A stretch of DNA of 63,585 bases, filler included, from Deltaproteobacteria bacterium (GCA_030698575.1; 11 parts of 11 records of this genome joined end to end with filler, not necessarily neighbours in it); one strand, 5' to 3'. Shown: positions 9,222 to 19,011, numbered from the whole stretch's first letter. The notes: generated by a model from the letters alone, not told the origin. Numbers and translations are program-made.

Positions 9222-9434
9222 TCACCGCTTCCGTCGCGCCGTCGGGCGCGCCGGCACACCGTCGCGGCGCCAGCAGTCGAGGAGCAGGGCGACAGCCTCG
9301 GGGACATCGCGCCGTCCGGTAGCCCAGCGGTTGACCGTGCCGACATCGAGCTTGAGCCGGAACGCGAACTGGCGCTGCGAGAGCCCCAGGCGCTTCAGGG
9401 TATGGCGGAGCTGGATCGCCGTCATGGAGGTCAA
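9222..9434 (-). CDS. XRE/Cro-like HTH protein
   Basis: LKRLGLSQRQFAFRLKLDVGTVNRWATG. Confidence 0.85.
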   Translation of the reverse strand: MTSMTAIQLRHTLKRLGLSQRQFAFRLKLDVGTVNRWATGRRDVPEAVALLLDCWRRDGVPARPTARRKR

Positions 9435-9891
9435 CCTAATAGGTTGACATGGCCTTGCGCCATATAGGCCAAAGACTTATATCATAGTGTAGACAACCCA
9501 ACCGGAGAGGGACCCATGCTGCACTACTGGGAAGAGCTCGACGACGAACAGGACGACGAGGGCGAGGAGTGGAAACACGGCGCGCGAGAGGCTGCTGCGT
9601 CAGACGGCGAGACGGTCGAGCGCTTTCTCGCGGAGATCGACGTCGCACTCTACGACCGCAACGGGAACGCCGTCTCGTGCCCCGAGGAGCCCGCCGCATG
9701 GCAGCTCGCGCTCTGCTCTGGCGCCGACTCGGCCGGGGTGTCTGCAACAGGCTCTACGGTCGGCACGCTCGCATCCTCGCACGGTGGCCGCGCATCTGTG
9801 CGTGCGGGCGCGAGTTCCGGGGCCCGCAGCGCACGACGACGCGGTGCCCGACGTGCCGGCGACCGGGCCGCGTGGCGAAGGGAGGCCGTCG

Positions 9892-10819
9892 ATGACCGCC
9901 GCCCTCACCATCCGTTCCGGCATCGCCGCGCCGCTGGCCTCGATCGTCGAGAGCTTCCTTGCTGGCCGCAGCGCGCACACCCTACGCGCCTACCGGCGGG
10001 ACCTTCATGACTTCGCCCGCTACCTAGGCGCCCCTGTTCTCGACGCGGCGGCCGCGCAGCTCCTTGGAGCCGCGCCTGGTGGCGCGAACGCGCTGGCGCT
10101 CGCCTACCGCGCCAACCTCACGGACCGCCAGCTCGCCGCCGCGACCGTCAACCGGCGGCTCGCGGCGCTCCGGTCGCTGGTGAAACTCGCCCGCACCCTC
10201 GGCCTTGTGACGTGGACGCTCGAGGTCTCCGGGCTCGCGGCCGAGCCCTACCGCGACACCCGCGGGCCTGGACTCGCCGGCGTGCGCCAGCTCCTCCGCC
10301 GCGTCACCCGCCGGTACGACACCAAGGGACGGCGCGACCATGCGATTCTCCGGCTCCCTGTTCGATCTCGGCCTCCGCCGCAGCGAGACCGTCGCGCTCG
10401 ACCGCGCCGACCTGGACCTCGATGCCGCCACGCTCGCTGTCCTGGGCAAGGGGCGGACGGGGAAGGTTCCGCTCACGCTGCCCGAGCCCACCAGGGACGC
10501 ACTCCGGGCGTGGCTGGAGGCGCGCGGGGATGATCGCGGCCCGTTGTTCGTGGACCTCGCCCGGGATCGGCGAGGCGGACGGCTGTCGAGCACCAGCGTC
10601 TACCGGATGGTGCGGGCACTCGGCACGGCGGTCGGGCTCACGGTGCGACCTCACGGCCTCCGTCACACCGCCATCACCGCGGCGCTCGACCTCATGGGAG
10701 ACCTGCGCGCCGTGCAGCGGTTCAGCCGACACCGGGACGTGCGCACGCTCACCCGCTACGACGACAACCGAGCCGACCTCGGGGGAGACGTGGCCCGGCG
10801 GGTCGCCGCTACGGCCTAA
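9892..10819 (+). pseudogene. Xer-like tyrosine recombinase/integrase with a single +1 frameshift at 10356-10358
   Basis: SAHTLRAYRRDL N-domain; removing one C joins RDHAILRL to LFDLGLRRSE...GKGR...HGLRH...SRH...TRY (catalytic R-K-H-R-H-Y all present). Confidence 0.9.
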
Positions 10820-10926
10820 GGAGCGCATCGGCGCGCACGGGACCGACTTCACCGTGCTGATACCACGTGTCATGCGGTCAAGGCTAGATCACGTGGCGAG
10901 TTCAGCCTATCCGCTATTGTTTAACC

Positions 10927-11517
10927 ATGCCCATGCACGATATGACGATGGGAATGGCGCATGACCATGGCTACCTCTACCAACTCGCGCGCGCGTCGCG
11001 GTTCTTTGAGCGGGTCCTTAACCGGACGGGCCCGCTAAAGGGCTTGGATCCGTGGATGGTCCGATACGAGGACGACCTGTGGTCCTTTTTCATTCATTGC
11101 TGGCACGTTCGAGACTGGATCCGGGAGGACGACTCGCTCTCGCTGGGTGTTCGGCAGGGGATTCTCGCGGCGGCCAACGCCTCACACCCACTCTGCGTCT
11201 GCGCGGATATCGCGAACGGCCGCAAGCATGCCCGGCTGACCCGGCACCGCGCGGGCGTGGAGCTCGATGAGATGCGCCTGACCCCGACCACCCCCAACGT
11301 TGAAGAGCTCGTATTCGAGTGCTTTCTCTCTTGGGGCCCAGGCGAGGGCGAGTCCATCTCCTCGCTGGATGCGGCGATACAGGCGCTCCGCGCGTGGAAG
11401 GAAATCCTTGAGGCAAACGGGCTGCCGCTACCTGTCGGTTTCCCGAATGACCTTACGCCGCGAGGACAGTGGTTTCCAGACGGGTGGCCGCCGCCACCGC
11501 CCCGCGCGAGTCCGTAG
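10927..11517 (+). CDS. Hypothetical protein, HEPN-like helical domain
   Basis: FFIHCWHVRDWI and CADIANGRKH motifs, recalled from HEPN-like cargo proteins; start may be 10954. Confidence 0.55.
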   Translation: MPMHDMTMGMAHDHGYLYQLARASRFFERVLNRTGPLKGLDPWMVRYEDDLWSFFIHCWHVRDWIREDDSLSLGVRQGILAAANASHPLCVCADIANGRKHARLTRHRAGVELDEMRLTPTTPNVEELVFECFLSWGPGEGESISSLDAAIQALRAWKEILEANGLPLPVGFPNDLTPRGQWFPDGWPPPPPRASP

Positions 11518-11603
11518 AACACCAGCGGGACAGCCGGCGGGTCAGGGCGCGGTACGGTCCTGGTGCTAATCCGTAGCGACCCGTGGCCGGCTAGAGGTTT
11601 CAC

Positions 11604-11637
11604 GAAGGGTACGGAAACACGCATTATCGTACTCTTC
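11604..11637. other. dif-like tyrosine-recombinase site (14-bp inverted arms, 6-bp spacer)
   Basis: GAAGGGTACGGAAA-CACGCA-TTATCGTACTCTTC; arms match at 11 of 14 positions. Confidence 0.6.
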
Positions 11638-11648
11638 ACAAGCCCTCG

Positions 11649-12971
11649 TTGAGGGGCGGTCTGCGCGTTGGCTGGGAGGGTGCGGGCACCCTTAGGAGGA
11701 GTGAGTTGGACTTTCTTTCTGACCATGAGTTTGCCGTTTCCCGCCTTCGCTTGTTCACCGCTCATGGCGTGTACCATGGCCAGGGCTTCGTTCGATGGAT
11801 TCCGAAAGAGGGGGCCCGCATTTCTGCTCTTTTCGATAGGGCAGGGCCCGAGCTTCCGTCCAAGATCGACATTCCTGCCGTCCGAACCGGGAGGTTCTGG
11901 TCGCTGCGATTCGACCAGATGGAGGGATACGAATGGGGAATCACTCGCATCGCGGAGCCGCACTTCGACCTGGGTATGCTACTGACGCACACGCTCCGCA
12001 CGAGAGTCCCGCTGATCCTGCTTAGTGGCAGAACTCCCGTGACACGAACCCCAAACCCGTCCTGGGTCGGAAGCGCAAGGTACCGAGTGCAGCGTAACAC
12101 ACTGCTCCCCGATGCGGTCGAGGAGGAAACCACGGTCGCTGGGGAGCGCCTTGGCCGGTCGCTTAGCCGAACTGGGCTGAGACATGAGGAATCGGGGGGA
12201 CTCCGTCTCGCGGCAAGAATGGAGAGGCCCGGCATCCTCAGTGCCTCTTGGCGTCTTCCGAAGGCTGCGTGGGAGAAGGGATCCGATTGGCGTTTTGCAG
12301 ATGCACTCAGGTACGCACTATCGATTGTCACGGGGCAGAGCGCGGTCCTACTCGAGCAGCGCGTGATACGCGGAGGGCGAGAGTACCTACAGGTCCTCGC
12401 CGATTCGGCCGAGCCCCACTCTCTGGGCATTCAGGCGCCATTGGCCGAGAGAGGCTTGCCAGATCGCAAGCTCATAATCTCCCTCGCGACATCGCTGGCT
12501 CAACAAAGCAATGAAGCGCGCATCTGTCGGCGGATTTTTGACCAACTTGCGGAGGCTACTCGGCAACACACCTGGGCCGCCCGCGAACTACTCACTGCAA
12601 CGATTCTTGAAGCGACGCTACGTAGCCTTGAGAACGTGCCGTTCCGGCCCCGCCGGAAGTGGCCGATCCAAGGTCCACTTGAGCGATTCCGAAAGACCTA
12701 TCTCGGCGAACCGTGGCGGCACGTGTGTCAGCGTGTGCTTGCCACGCAGAAGCGCGTCCGCGACCGGAATGCGCATCCAGACTGGTTGGTCGAACCTGGA
12801 GGTCACACGGCTCCAGCCGGGCAAGATCCTTTGGATGACCTGATCTTCTTGTCCTGGTTCTACGGGTACGTTATCCGAGCATTATCTGGCGAGCGGACGT
12901 TGAACCCCCGATTTCCGCGCCCTCACTCCGAATGGCGGCCCATGGGCACGGTGCGTTTCGACGCTGGATGA
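11649..12971 (+). CDS. ApeA-like HEPN domain protein (putative anti-phage RNase); start uncertain
   Basis: Beta-rich N-terminus, ALRYALSIVTG, LLTATILEA, C-terminal R-x4-H motif RDRNAH. Confidence 0.6.
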   Translation: MRGGLRVGWEGAGTLRRSELDFLSDHEFAVSRLRLFTAHGVYHGQGFVRWIPKEGARISALFDRAGPELPSKIDIPAVRTGRFWSLRFDQMEGYEWGITRIAEPHFDLGMLLTHTLRTRVPLILLSGRTPVTRTPNPSWVGSARYRVQRNTLLPDAVEEETTVAGERLGRSLSRTGLRHEESGGLRLAARMERPGILSASWRLPKAAWEKGSDWRFADALRYALSIVTGQSAVLLEQRVIRGGREYLQVLADSAEPHSLGIQAPLAERGLPDRKLIISLATSLAQQSNEARICRRIFDQLAEATRQHTWAARELLTATILEATLRSLENVPFRPRRKWPIQGPLERFRKTYLGEPWRHVCQRVLATQKRVRDRNAHPDWLVEPGGHTAPAGQDPLDDLIFLSWFYGYVIRALSGERTLNPRFPRPHSEWRPMGTVRFDAG

Positions 12972-13185
12972 CTCCGTTCAGTGTGGACCTGCGATGGGCA
13001 ACTCGCGATTACTGCGAAGGACGGGTTCGATGAACGAAGGTTTCTACGGCCAAAGCTGGAAGTCAGTACCACGGACTGCATCACCCTTCGAGTTCCACCG
13101 CACCCCTTTGCGGAGTGGCGGCACCGGGCGCCCGGTCGAGCACAACTTCTGGCGGGTAATTCCCAATCGCCGCGATTCGCGTCAG

Positions 13186-13518
13186 CTACGCCGCATCCAC
13201 CGACAGCAACAGCAACAGCGCAGCCTCGGCCACTTTGACGGCGTACTCCGCTTCGACGGGGGCGATCCCGCCGGCGGCGCTGCCGCCGTGTCGGACGCCG
13301 GGCTCCTGATTCGCCCAAATCCAGAGCTCCTCGATCCCCTGTAGCAGGGGACTTTGGACCTTCTTTGAATCACGCAGCGCTTTGATGCACTTGCCAAGGG
13401 TAGCCGCCGGTTGACCCGTCAGGATGCGAGCTAGCTGCTCGACGGCACTCACCGCTTCCTTCGCGCATTTATCGAGGTCAGGCGGAGTCTGCCTCAACGT
13501 GTCCAGCGCCTTGAGCCA
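13186..13518 (-). CDS. AbiJ-type C-terminal HEPN-like domain protein, 5'-truncated
   Basis: PDLDKCAKEAVSAVEQLARILTGQPAATLG...LWIWANQEPGVRHG pattern. Confidence 0.65.
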   Translation of the reverse strand, partial: WLKALDTLRQTPPDLDKCAKEAVSAVEQLARILTGQPAATLGKCIKALRDSKKVQSPLLQGIEELWIWANQEPGVRHGGSAAGGIAPVEAEYAVKVAEAALLLLLSVDAA

Positions 13519-13618
13519 NNNNNNNNNNNNNNNNNNNNNNNNNNNNNNNNNNNNNNNNNNNNTTAATTAATTAANNNNNNNNNNNNNNNNNNNNNNNNNN
13601 NNNNNNNNNNNNNNNNNN

Positions 13619-15304
13619 GGGCTCAACAATTTCCAGAAGGCGGTCCTGCGCAAGCGCTGGGCGACGATGGAGGAGCTGATGAGTGCCGGCGAGCGCAAGC
13701 AGCGCATCATCGCCGACATTATCGAGGACTTCAGCCTCAAGCCGCGGCTGAACAACGACCGCGGTACGGCGCTCCTGGTCGTCGCTTCTATCTACGACGC
13801 CTGCCACTACTTCAGACTGCTTCAGAACACGAGCTTCGGCCCGTACTGCGGGATCATCACCTCGTACGAGCCGAACCACAATGCGATCTCGCGCGAGCCC
13901 CCCAACAGCGACGAGCGCTACAAGTTCGACACCTACACGCAGCACGTGCTCAAGAGCGGCCAGACCACCAAGAAGTACGAGGACGAAACCAAGCGCCGCT
14001 TCATCGAGGAGCCGGCGAACATGAAGCTGCTGATCGTCGTCAGCAAGCTGCTGACCGGCTTCGATGCGCCAAGCTGCACGTACATCTACCTCGATAACGA
14101 GTTGCACGACCACAGCCTGTTCCAGGCCATCTGCCGCACTAACCGGCTCGATGGCGACGACAAGGACTACGGCCACATCGTCGACTTCAAAGAGCTGTTC
14201 GGCGATGTGCAGCAGGCGATCGCCATCTACAACTCCGACGAGCTGGACACCGATGAGGGCGGCGGCGGCGACAACAACGTCCACCTCAAGAACTGGCTGG
14301 AAGAGGGCAAGAAGAAGCTCGACGAGGCCCGGGAGGCCCTGCGCTACCTGTGCGAGCCGGTGGGGCTGCCACGCGAGGTAGAGCAGTACCTTCATTACTT
14401 CTGCGGCGACGCCGCCAACCCAAACGCGCTGAGCGAGACCGAGGCGCTGCGGACTTCGTTCTACAAGGCCGTCGCGGTGTTTGTCCGCGCCTTCGCGGCC
14501 ATCGCACAGGACCTGGCCGAAGCCGGGTATTCCGACGCCGAGGCGACTGCGCTGCAGAAGGAAGTCGAGTTCTACGGCGAGATCCGCGCTGCCATCAAGA
14601 AGCACTCGGGTGAGGAGCTCGACATCAAGCCCTTCGAGGCGGACATGCGCCACCTCATCAACACCTACATTCAAGCCGACCCGGCAGCCGACCTGGGCGA
14701 GCTGGGCGAGATGTCGCTGACCGAGCTCATCATCGAGACAGGGATCCACGACGCCATCGCCCGGAAACTCAACGCCAAGAGCAACCTCTCGAAGAACGCA
14801 ATCGCCGAAGGGATCATCAACAACGTTCGCAAGACCATCATCCGCGACCAGCTCACGGACCCCCGGTTCTACGAGCAGATGTCGAAGCTGCTCGACGACC
14901 TCATCAAGCAAAGCCGGGCGGACACGGTGACCTATGAGGAGTTTCTGAGGAAGGCCGAGGCACTGGTGAAGCGGCTGGCAGAGAAGCAACCCGACGAGGG
15001 TGTACCCGCGGCGCTGCACGGCAGGCGGGAGGCGACTGTGATCTACAACAACCTGCCGCGTATCCTCGCGGTGGGGCGCGCCAAGACCGCTGGCGTGGCT
15101 GAGCCTGGAGCCGAATACGGGGAGGAGCGCGTCAGGTTGGCCCTCGAGATCGACCGCGCGATGCGCGAGCGGGCGCCCGCAGGCTGGAAGGGCGACCAGG
15201 CGCGCGAGGCGCAGGTCCTGAATGCGCTGTTCCCGCTGCTCAACCGCGACCGCGATGCCACACTGGCGCTCTTCGAACTCATCAAGAACCAGCCGGGGTA
15301 CTGA
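13619..15304 (+). CDS. hsdR: Type I restriction enzyme R subunit, C-terminal part
   Basis: LLIVVSKLLTGFDAP, LFQAICRTNR, GHIVDF helicase motifs. Confidence 0.93.
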   Translation, partial: GLNNFQKAVLRKRWATMEELMSAGERKQRIIADIIEDFSLKPRLNNDRGTALLVVASIYDACHYFRLLQNTSFGPYCGIITSYEPNHNAISREPPNSDERYKFDTYTQHVLKSGQTTKKYEDETKRRFIEEPANMKLLIVVSKLLTGFDAPSCTYIYLDNELHDHSLFQAICRTNRLDGDDKDYGHIVDFKELFGDVQQAIAIYNSDELDTDEGGGGDNNVHLKNWLEEGKKKLDEAREALRYLCEPVGLPREVEQYLHYFCGDAANPNALSETEALRTSFYKAVAVFVRAFAAIAQDLAEAGYSDAEATALQKEVEFYGEIRAAIKKHSGEELDIKPFEADMRHLINTYIQADPAADLGELGEMSLTELIIETGIHDAIARKLNAKSNLSKNAIAEGIINNVRKTIIRDQLTDPRFYEQMSKLLDDLIKQSRADTVTYEEFLRKAEALVKRLAEKQPDEGVPAALHGRREATVIYNNLPRILAVGRAKTAGVAEPGAEYGEERVRLALEIDRAMRERAPAGWKGDQAREAQVLNALFPLLNRDRDATLALFELIKNQPGY

Positions 15305-16020
15305 TGGCTGAGACGATCCAGGTCGGTAACATCGTCATCGCGATGACGCGAAAGAACATCAAGCACGTCCACTTGTCGGTACATCCGCCGATAGGGCGTG
15401 TCACGCTGGTTGCACCCAAGGGGACCCGCCCCGAGGTGGCGCGAGCCTACGCGATCTCCAAGCTCGTTTGGATCCGTGATCAACAGGCGAAGCTGCGTGG
15501 GCAGGCGCGGGAAACACCTCGTCAGTTCGTCGAGCGTGAGAGCCATTGCCTCTGGGGCAGGCGTTACCTGCTCTCCGTGAAGGAAGAAGAGGCCAAGCCC
15601 TTCGTCCGCCTCAGTCACCGCAGTATCACGCTCACCGTCCGCCCCGGCAGCAGCAGCGCGAAGCGCGCGGCGGTCATGCATGCCTGGCACAAGTCCCTCC
15701 TGCACGCCGCAGTACCCGAATTGATCCGCAGGTGGGAGCCGAAGCTGGGGGTGGAGGTGGCCGGATACTTCCTCCAACGCATGAAGACAAAGTGGGGCGG
15801 CTGCAACAGCCGGGCGCGGAATATTCGGCTGAACACCGAGCTCGTGAAGAAGCCCAAGGACCTGCTCGAGTACGTGGTGGTCCATGAGATGCTTCACCTG
15901 CTCGAACCCACCCATAGCGAGCGGTTCGTCACACTGATGAGCACGCACTACCCGGCATGGCGCGAGGCCAGGGCAGAGCTGAACGAGTTGCCTCTGGGTG
16001 CGGAGAGGTGGAAGTTATAG
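15304..16020 (+). CDS. SprT/YgjP (DUF45) zinc metallohydrolase, common next to type I RM loci
   Basis: MKTKWGGCN...IRLN...EYVVVHEMLHL; coupled to hsdR. Confidence 0.92.
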   Translation: MAETIQVGNIVIAMTRKNIKHVHLSVHPPIGRVTLVAPKGTRPEVARAYAISKLVWIRDQQAKLRGQARETPRQFVERESHCLWGRRYLLSVKEEEAKPFVRLSHRSITLTVRPGSSSAKRAAVMHAWHKSLLHAAVPELIRRWEPKLGVEVAGYFLQRMKTKWGGCNSRARNIRLNTELVKKPKDLLEYVVVHEMLHLLEPTHSERFVTLMSTHYPAWREARAELNELPLGAERWKL

Positions 16021-16067
16021 GCCTCTGTCCGAGGAGCAGGAATTGGCAGGTCACGGCGAGAAGGGCC

Positions 16068-16131
16068 ATCTAGCAGCCGGTTGCAGCAGACGGTCCGCTG
16101 CGCGGCCCGCCGCTGAACCGGGGCGCTAGCC
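16068..16131 (+). other. Integron attC-like site with variant core (AGC/GCT instead of AAC/GTT)
   Basis: ATCTAGC...CGGTTGCAGC...GCTGAACCG...GCTAGCC; 64-nt imperfect palindrome with an extrahelical G in the L box. Confidence 0.65.
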
Positions 16132-16147
16132 CGACCTGAGGAAGAAC

Positions 16148-16543
16148 TTGAAAGGTCTGATCATCAAGCAGCCGTGGATCGACAAGATCCTGACTGGGTC
16201 GAAAACCTGGGAGCTGCGGGGTCGCCGCACGCGTCATCGCGGCCAAGTGGGTCTGATCGAGAGCGGGAGCGGCACGGTCGTTGGCACGACGCGACTAGTC
16301 GACGTCGTCGGCCCTCTCTCGCCGCGTCAGCTGCTCGGTTCGCGAAACAAGCATCGTGTCCCGGCGAGCTCGCTCCGTGAGGGCGGACGTTACCGGAAGA
16401 CGTTCGCGTGGGTTCTCGAACACAGCCGACGGTTAAGAAAGCCTGTCCCCTATGCCCACCCCGCTGGTGCGGTCATCTGGGTGAACCTAGCGGCCGGCGT
16501 TGCTCGGAAGGTGCGAGATGCGAACGGTCGGGCACCTCGGTAA
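16148..16543 (+). CDS. ASCH domain protein
   Basis: MKGLIIKQPWIDKILTGSKTWELR...RG...GTVVG...FAWVLE; TTG start. Confidence 0.9.
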   Translation: MKGLIIKQPWIDKILTGSKTWELRGRRTRHRGQVGLIESGSGTVVGTTRLVDVVGPLSPRQLLGSRNKHRVPASSLREGGRYRKTFAWVLEHSRRLRKPVPYAHPAGAVIWVNLAAGVARKVRDANGRAPR

Positions 16544-16575
16544 CCAACATCTAACCTGCGAAATCCACCCCACCC

Positions 16576-17395
16576 CTACCTACACCCCGCCCCCTTGCAC
16601 CCGCGCAACTCAGCCAACCGCGCCGCCAACCGCCCCTCGATCTCCGCAACCTCCGCCTTCCCGGCCAGGTTCTCCATCTGGTCGGGGTCGATCTCCAGAT
16701 CGTACAGCTCCCGCTCCCCCTCGGCCGAGCCCAGGTATTCGACGTAAACGTATCGCTCCGTCCGCACGCCGACGTAGGGGGGAAGCTGGGGGTCGCCCTC
16801 GGCGTCGGGTTTCTCCTCGAAATCTAATTGCTCCATCAGGAAGTCGTCGCGCCAGCCGGTCCCGGCGCGTTCTCGGAGCAGCGGTACGAGCGAGCGGCCG
16901 TCGAGGTCTTCCTGCGTGGGCGCGCCGGCGATCTCAAGTAGCGTCGGCGCGAGATCCAGGTTCAGCGCTAGCTCGCCGGCCACGGTGCCTACGCGCACGT
17001 CTGGCCCGCGCACGATTAACGGCACGCGGATCGAGGGCTCGTAGGGTGAGAGCTTGCCGATGTCCCAGTGCTCGCCGAACAGGAAGCCGTTGTCGGACGT
17101 GAAGATCACGTAGGTGTCGCGGGTCTCGTCGAAGCGATCCAGCGCGTCGAGAATGCGATCCACCGCGTGGTCCACGCCGGCGAGGCAGCGGAGGTAGCCC
17201 CGGTACCAGGTGTCGACCATTTCCAGCCGGTCGTCGGGGAACTCCTTCAGGCGCTGCATGGCCGCGGGCTTGTCAGACATGTCGGCTTCCCTGAACGAGG
17301 GCGGGCGCGGCGCCTCGAACCCCTTGAACCGTTTCCGGTCGCGCCGCGCGTAGACCCACGGGCCGTGCGGCGCGGTGGTCGCCACATAGAGAAAG
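16576..17395 (-). CDS. Sulfatase, C-terminal part (N-terminus missing)
   Basis: FLYVATTAPHGP, FTSDNGF, YEPSIRVPL, LDLAPT, ELYDLEIDPDQMENL. Confidence 0.88.
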
Positions 17396-17581
17396 AGGCT
17401 CTTATCCCAAAGTTGTGGGTAGCGGATGGGGCCGATTCCCGCAGGCGTGAAAGATCGCCGCAATGTGATGGACCGGGTTCNNNNNNNNNNNNNNNNNNNN
17501 NNNNNNNNNNNNNNNNNNNNNNNNTTAATTAATTAANNNNNNNNNNNNNNNNNNNNNNNNNNNNNNNNNNNNNNNNNNNNC

Positions 17582-18049
17582 AAGGAGATAAGCCCCTACG
17601 GGAAAGTACCGGTGCTCATCGACGGCGACGCGCGGATCTACGAGTCGGCGATCATCAACGAGTATCTCGACGAGAAGTATCCCGAGCCGCCGCTCATGCC
17701 CCCCACGCCGGCGGGAAAGGCCTATGTGCGAATCTGGACCGATTTCGCGAACAACCAGCTCATGCGCGCCGGCTGGCGCGCCGTGATGGGGCCGGAAGAG
17801 AAGCGGGCGGAGGCGCTGGAGGAGTATCAGAAGCTGCTTCAGACACTCGACCGGGAGATTGACGCGAAGAGTTGGCTGGCCGGCGAGCAGTTCACCCTCG
17901 GCGACGTGGCTTACGCGCCGGTCTTCGCGCGGATGGCGAAGGACGAACGTCTCGACTGGTCGAGGTTTCCCAATCTGAAAGGGTGGTGGGAGCGGATCTC
18001 TCTGCACCCGGCCTACAAGGCGACCGGGGGGCTGGAGCCGCCCGAGTAG
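17582..18049 (+). CDS. Glutathione S-transferase, 5'-truncated
   Basis: SPYGKVPVLIDGDARIYESAIINEYLDE, WLAGEQFTLGD. Confidence 0.93.
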   Translation, partial: KEISPYGKVPVLIDGDARIYESAIINEYLDEKYPEPPLMPPTPAGKAYVRIWTDFANNQLMRAGWRAVMGPEEKRAEALEEYQKLLQTLDREIDAKSWLAGEQFTLGDVAYAPVFARMAKDERLDWSRFPNLKGWWERISLHPAYKATGGLEPPE

Positions 18050-18179
18050 GGTGGCCATCGAAACGGCAGAGCCCCGGGACGCCTTTCCGGAGTTTTTGTT
18101 TCCAGCCGCGTTCGGGATGCAGGTACATTGCAGGTATATTAAGGACACGCCTTAAATCAATAATCAGGAGGTAGTCACC

Positions 18180-18974
18180 ATGGACTGGGGAATGGAAAAC
18201 CGGCTCAGCCGGCTTTTCGGGAGCGACGGCCATTGTTTTTTTCTGCCCATTGATCACGGTTACTTCCAGGGACCGACCCATTGCCTCGAGAAGCCCGGCG
18301 AAACCATCAAGCCCCTGCTCCCCTACGCCGACGCGCTCTTCGTGACCCGTGGGGTCTTGCGCTCAGCCATCGCGCCGGTCGGTTCGAAGCCCATCATCCT
18401 CAGGGTTTCCGGCGGGACCAGCGTGATCGGGGCCGATCTGGCGGACGAGGGGCTAACGACCTCGATCGAGGAGATCATCCGCCTGAACGCCGCCGCGGTC
18501 GGGATTTCCATCTTCGTGGGGAGCGATTACGAGAAGCAGACGCTCCTGAACCTGGCTGAGCTCGTCAACGAATGCGAAGACTACGGCATCCCGGTCATGG
18601 CGGTCACCGCTGTCGGAAAGGAACTGGAGAAGCGGGAGGCGCGACATCTCGGGCTTGCCTGCCGAATTGCGGCCGAGCTGGGTGCGCGGGTGGTGAAGAC
18701 CTACTGGTGCGACAAGGATTTCGAAAAGGTCGTCAACGGTTGTCCCGTCCCGGTGGTCATGGCCGGCGGGCCTCAGTGCGAGACCGAGCGCGAGGTGTTC
18801 GACTTCGTCCACGATGGGATGCAACGCGGCGCGGTGGGAATCAACCTCGGGCGCAACGTCTGGCAGAACCCGAACGCCGTCGCGGTCGCCAGGGCGCTGC
18901 ACGCGATTATCCATGAGAAGGCGACGGCGAAGCAGGCGAACGAGCTCTTCGAGGACCTGAAGGAAGACAAGTAA
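18180..18974 (+). CDS. lsrF: LsrF-like class I aldolase/thiolase
   Basis: MDWGMENRLSR...DHGYFQGP...AELGARVVKTY...MAGGP...GRNVWQ. Confidence 0.9.
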   Translation: MDWGMENRLSRLFGSDGHCFFLPIDHGYFQGPTHCLEKPGETIKPLLPYADALFVTRGVLRSAIAPVGSKPIILRVSGGTSVIGADLADEGLTTSIEEIIRLNAAAVGISIFVGSDYEKQTLLNLAELVNECEDYGIPVMAVTAVGKELEKREARHLGLACRIAAELGARVVKTYWCDKDFEKVVNGCPVPVVMAGGPQCETEREVFDFVHDGMQRGAVGINLGRNVWQNPNAVAVARALHAIIHEKATAKQANELFEDLKEDK

Positions 18975-19011
18975 CCTCCGGCGGCAGCCTTTCTGGCGGA
19001 AGAGGCACTTC

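Larger units (their letters stand above)
6826..13518. mobile_element. Fragment of an integrative element / prophage-like island
   Basis: Chains of small GTGA-coupled ORFs, HTH/RHH regulators, tyrosine recombinase, dif-like site, defence-type cargo. Confidence 0.75.

Noticed and set aside
9516-10010. 164-aa ORF upstream of the integrase
   Set aside because: The acidic N-terminus with an RBS may be real, but the C-terminal half overlaps the integrase and looks spurious, so boundaries and product cannot be supported.
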